Of a stretch of DNA of 64,000 bases, positions 62,596-64,000 are shown piece by piece. The notes beneath the pieces are model-generated. The model was not told the DNA's origin, ran no database searches, and worked only from the letters and a program-made list of their open reading frames with translations. Position 1 is the stretch's first letter. Every line of letters starts with the position of its first letter. This DNA is from Chrysomallon squamiferum (Eukaryota > Animalia > Mollusca): assembly GCA_012295275.1 (NCBI GenBank), contig CM022665.1, positions 6,262,001 through 6,326,000 on the forward strand. Reading direction: 5' to 3'. A program made the translations under genes and the position numbers.

Positions 62596-64000
62596 TATTT
62601 TTATTTATTTATTTAAATTTATTACATACATTTTTATTTATTTATTTATTTGTTTATTTGTTTTGGGTTTGTTTTTTGTTTTTGTTTTTTGTTGTTGGTT
62701 TCGGGGGGGCATTTTTTTTTTTTTTTTTTAATTATCTTCAAATAGTTAATAAAAATGAAAAATTGCAGGTTATTTTAGATAATATTATCATATTACTGTT
62801 CCAGTTTTATTTATTTATGTTTGTTTTCAGTCTTTGTTGTTGTTTTTTTGTTTGTTTTTTTTTACAATCAAATATATTTTGTTTTACTAATAAAACACAA
62901 ATGTCTCAAATAGTTTTTATGTCTTTGTCTTATTATTTTTAGTAGTATTTGTTTTATCAAGAAATATATTTTTTTAATAATAATAAAAAAAAAGGAGTAA
63001 ATCTCATTAAATGAGCCATTAGACAGAGTGACTCTTTTTCTGTCATAATATGACAGCAAAAGAAAAAAAAAAAAAGCTAGCTGACTGAAGGAAATGTCAA
63101 ATAGAGTGATGGCATGTGGAAATTAATACCATAATCTTCAGAATATTCCCATGGCAACTAATGGATTTTTGTTGTTTTAACTGTTTCATGTGGAAACGAA
63201 TGTAAAATCAGTGACATACAGTTAAATCGGCTAGTTATTTCGAGCAAGCGACGAAATGCTGACAGTAACTAAGTAGAAACAGACTACATACCGGCAAAGG
63301 TACGCTAGTAACCAAGGAAACGTATCACAAATTTCTAGAATGTTTTTAATTAGATGATAACCTCGATCGTACGTCCAAGTGAAATGAAATAATTACTATA
63401 ATATAATGTTCGTGTTTTGTTTCAGTTTATAGTTAGGTGGTACGTAAGACACGTATTTCTTATAATAATCTTTTTCTGACCATTAATACACTCATTCGTT
63501 GTGCTAAAAATATCTTCATCCAATCCCTTTCACTAAAACAATTCGAATTTTTCGTCGTAGTTTACTATTTGCGATTTAAAACGGAGAAGCGACTGTTTCG
63601 TTCTTTTGGACAATCAGCTTATGCAAGCAGAATAAAACAGTTACACACAATAAAAGCTAAATGAAAACACTGCACGTCATACTACTTGATTTACTGCAAA
63701 ATTTCGGAATGCCTCTTGAGATTAATTAGCTCGTACATCGACATGTCGAAGTACAAAGTGGCACATTGTTTATAAAAATATTAAAGAAAAAAAAAATGAA
63801 AATGCAGGAAAAATCGTACTATTTTTATATACAAAGCTAATACAAACAAAAGGAAATCTGAGTACGGAAATGACTTCGGGTAATGTACGAACAAGGCATT
63901 AAACTTTAAATTTGTCGGAAGTACCAATTAATGTAACGTTGAGAAACGTTAATCTGAGTGCAGAGATGCATGGCTTTATACTCAGATGCGTCTGAATGTT

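Noticed and set aside
63733-63754. Near-palindrome gtacatcgacatgtcgaagtac
   Set aside because: Short, with no context indicating function.

Overview
This is AT-rich, microsatellite-dense eukaryotic DNA with GT-AG spliceosomal introns. It is probably an invertebrate; the dispersed SINE-like repeat resembles gastropod repeats as I recall them, which is unverified. Most ORFs in the supplied track are low-complexity artefacts. One real gene could be assembled by hand on the minus strand: a synaptotagmin-family type I membrane protein (TM helix, long Ser/Arg-rich linker, C2A, C2B). It has 12 phase-consistent coding exons from 27080 to the stop at 7309-7311 (1973 nt, about 657 aa). The N-terminal exon(s) are uncertain; the best candidates are micro-exons at 43959-43983 and 39374-39402. 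The protein is unusual in three ways: both C2 domains have lost most Ca2+-ligand Asp residues, several replaced by His; the linker carries a 10-residue-periodic array of RRGS/RRTS PKA consensus sites; and at least six full CRE palindromes lie across the window. Also present are a decayed Ginger2/KRBA2-like integrase fragment, about five degenerate SINE-like copies, two composite minisatellite arrays, a degenerate ~190-bp triplication and a perfect 46-bp palindrome. No prokaryotic systems, CRISPR arrays, tRNA or rRNA genes were seen.
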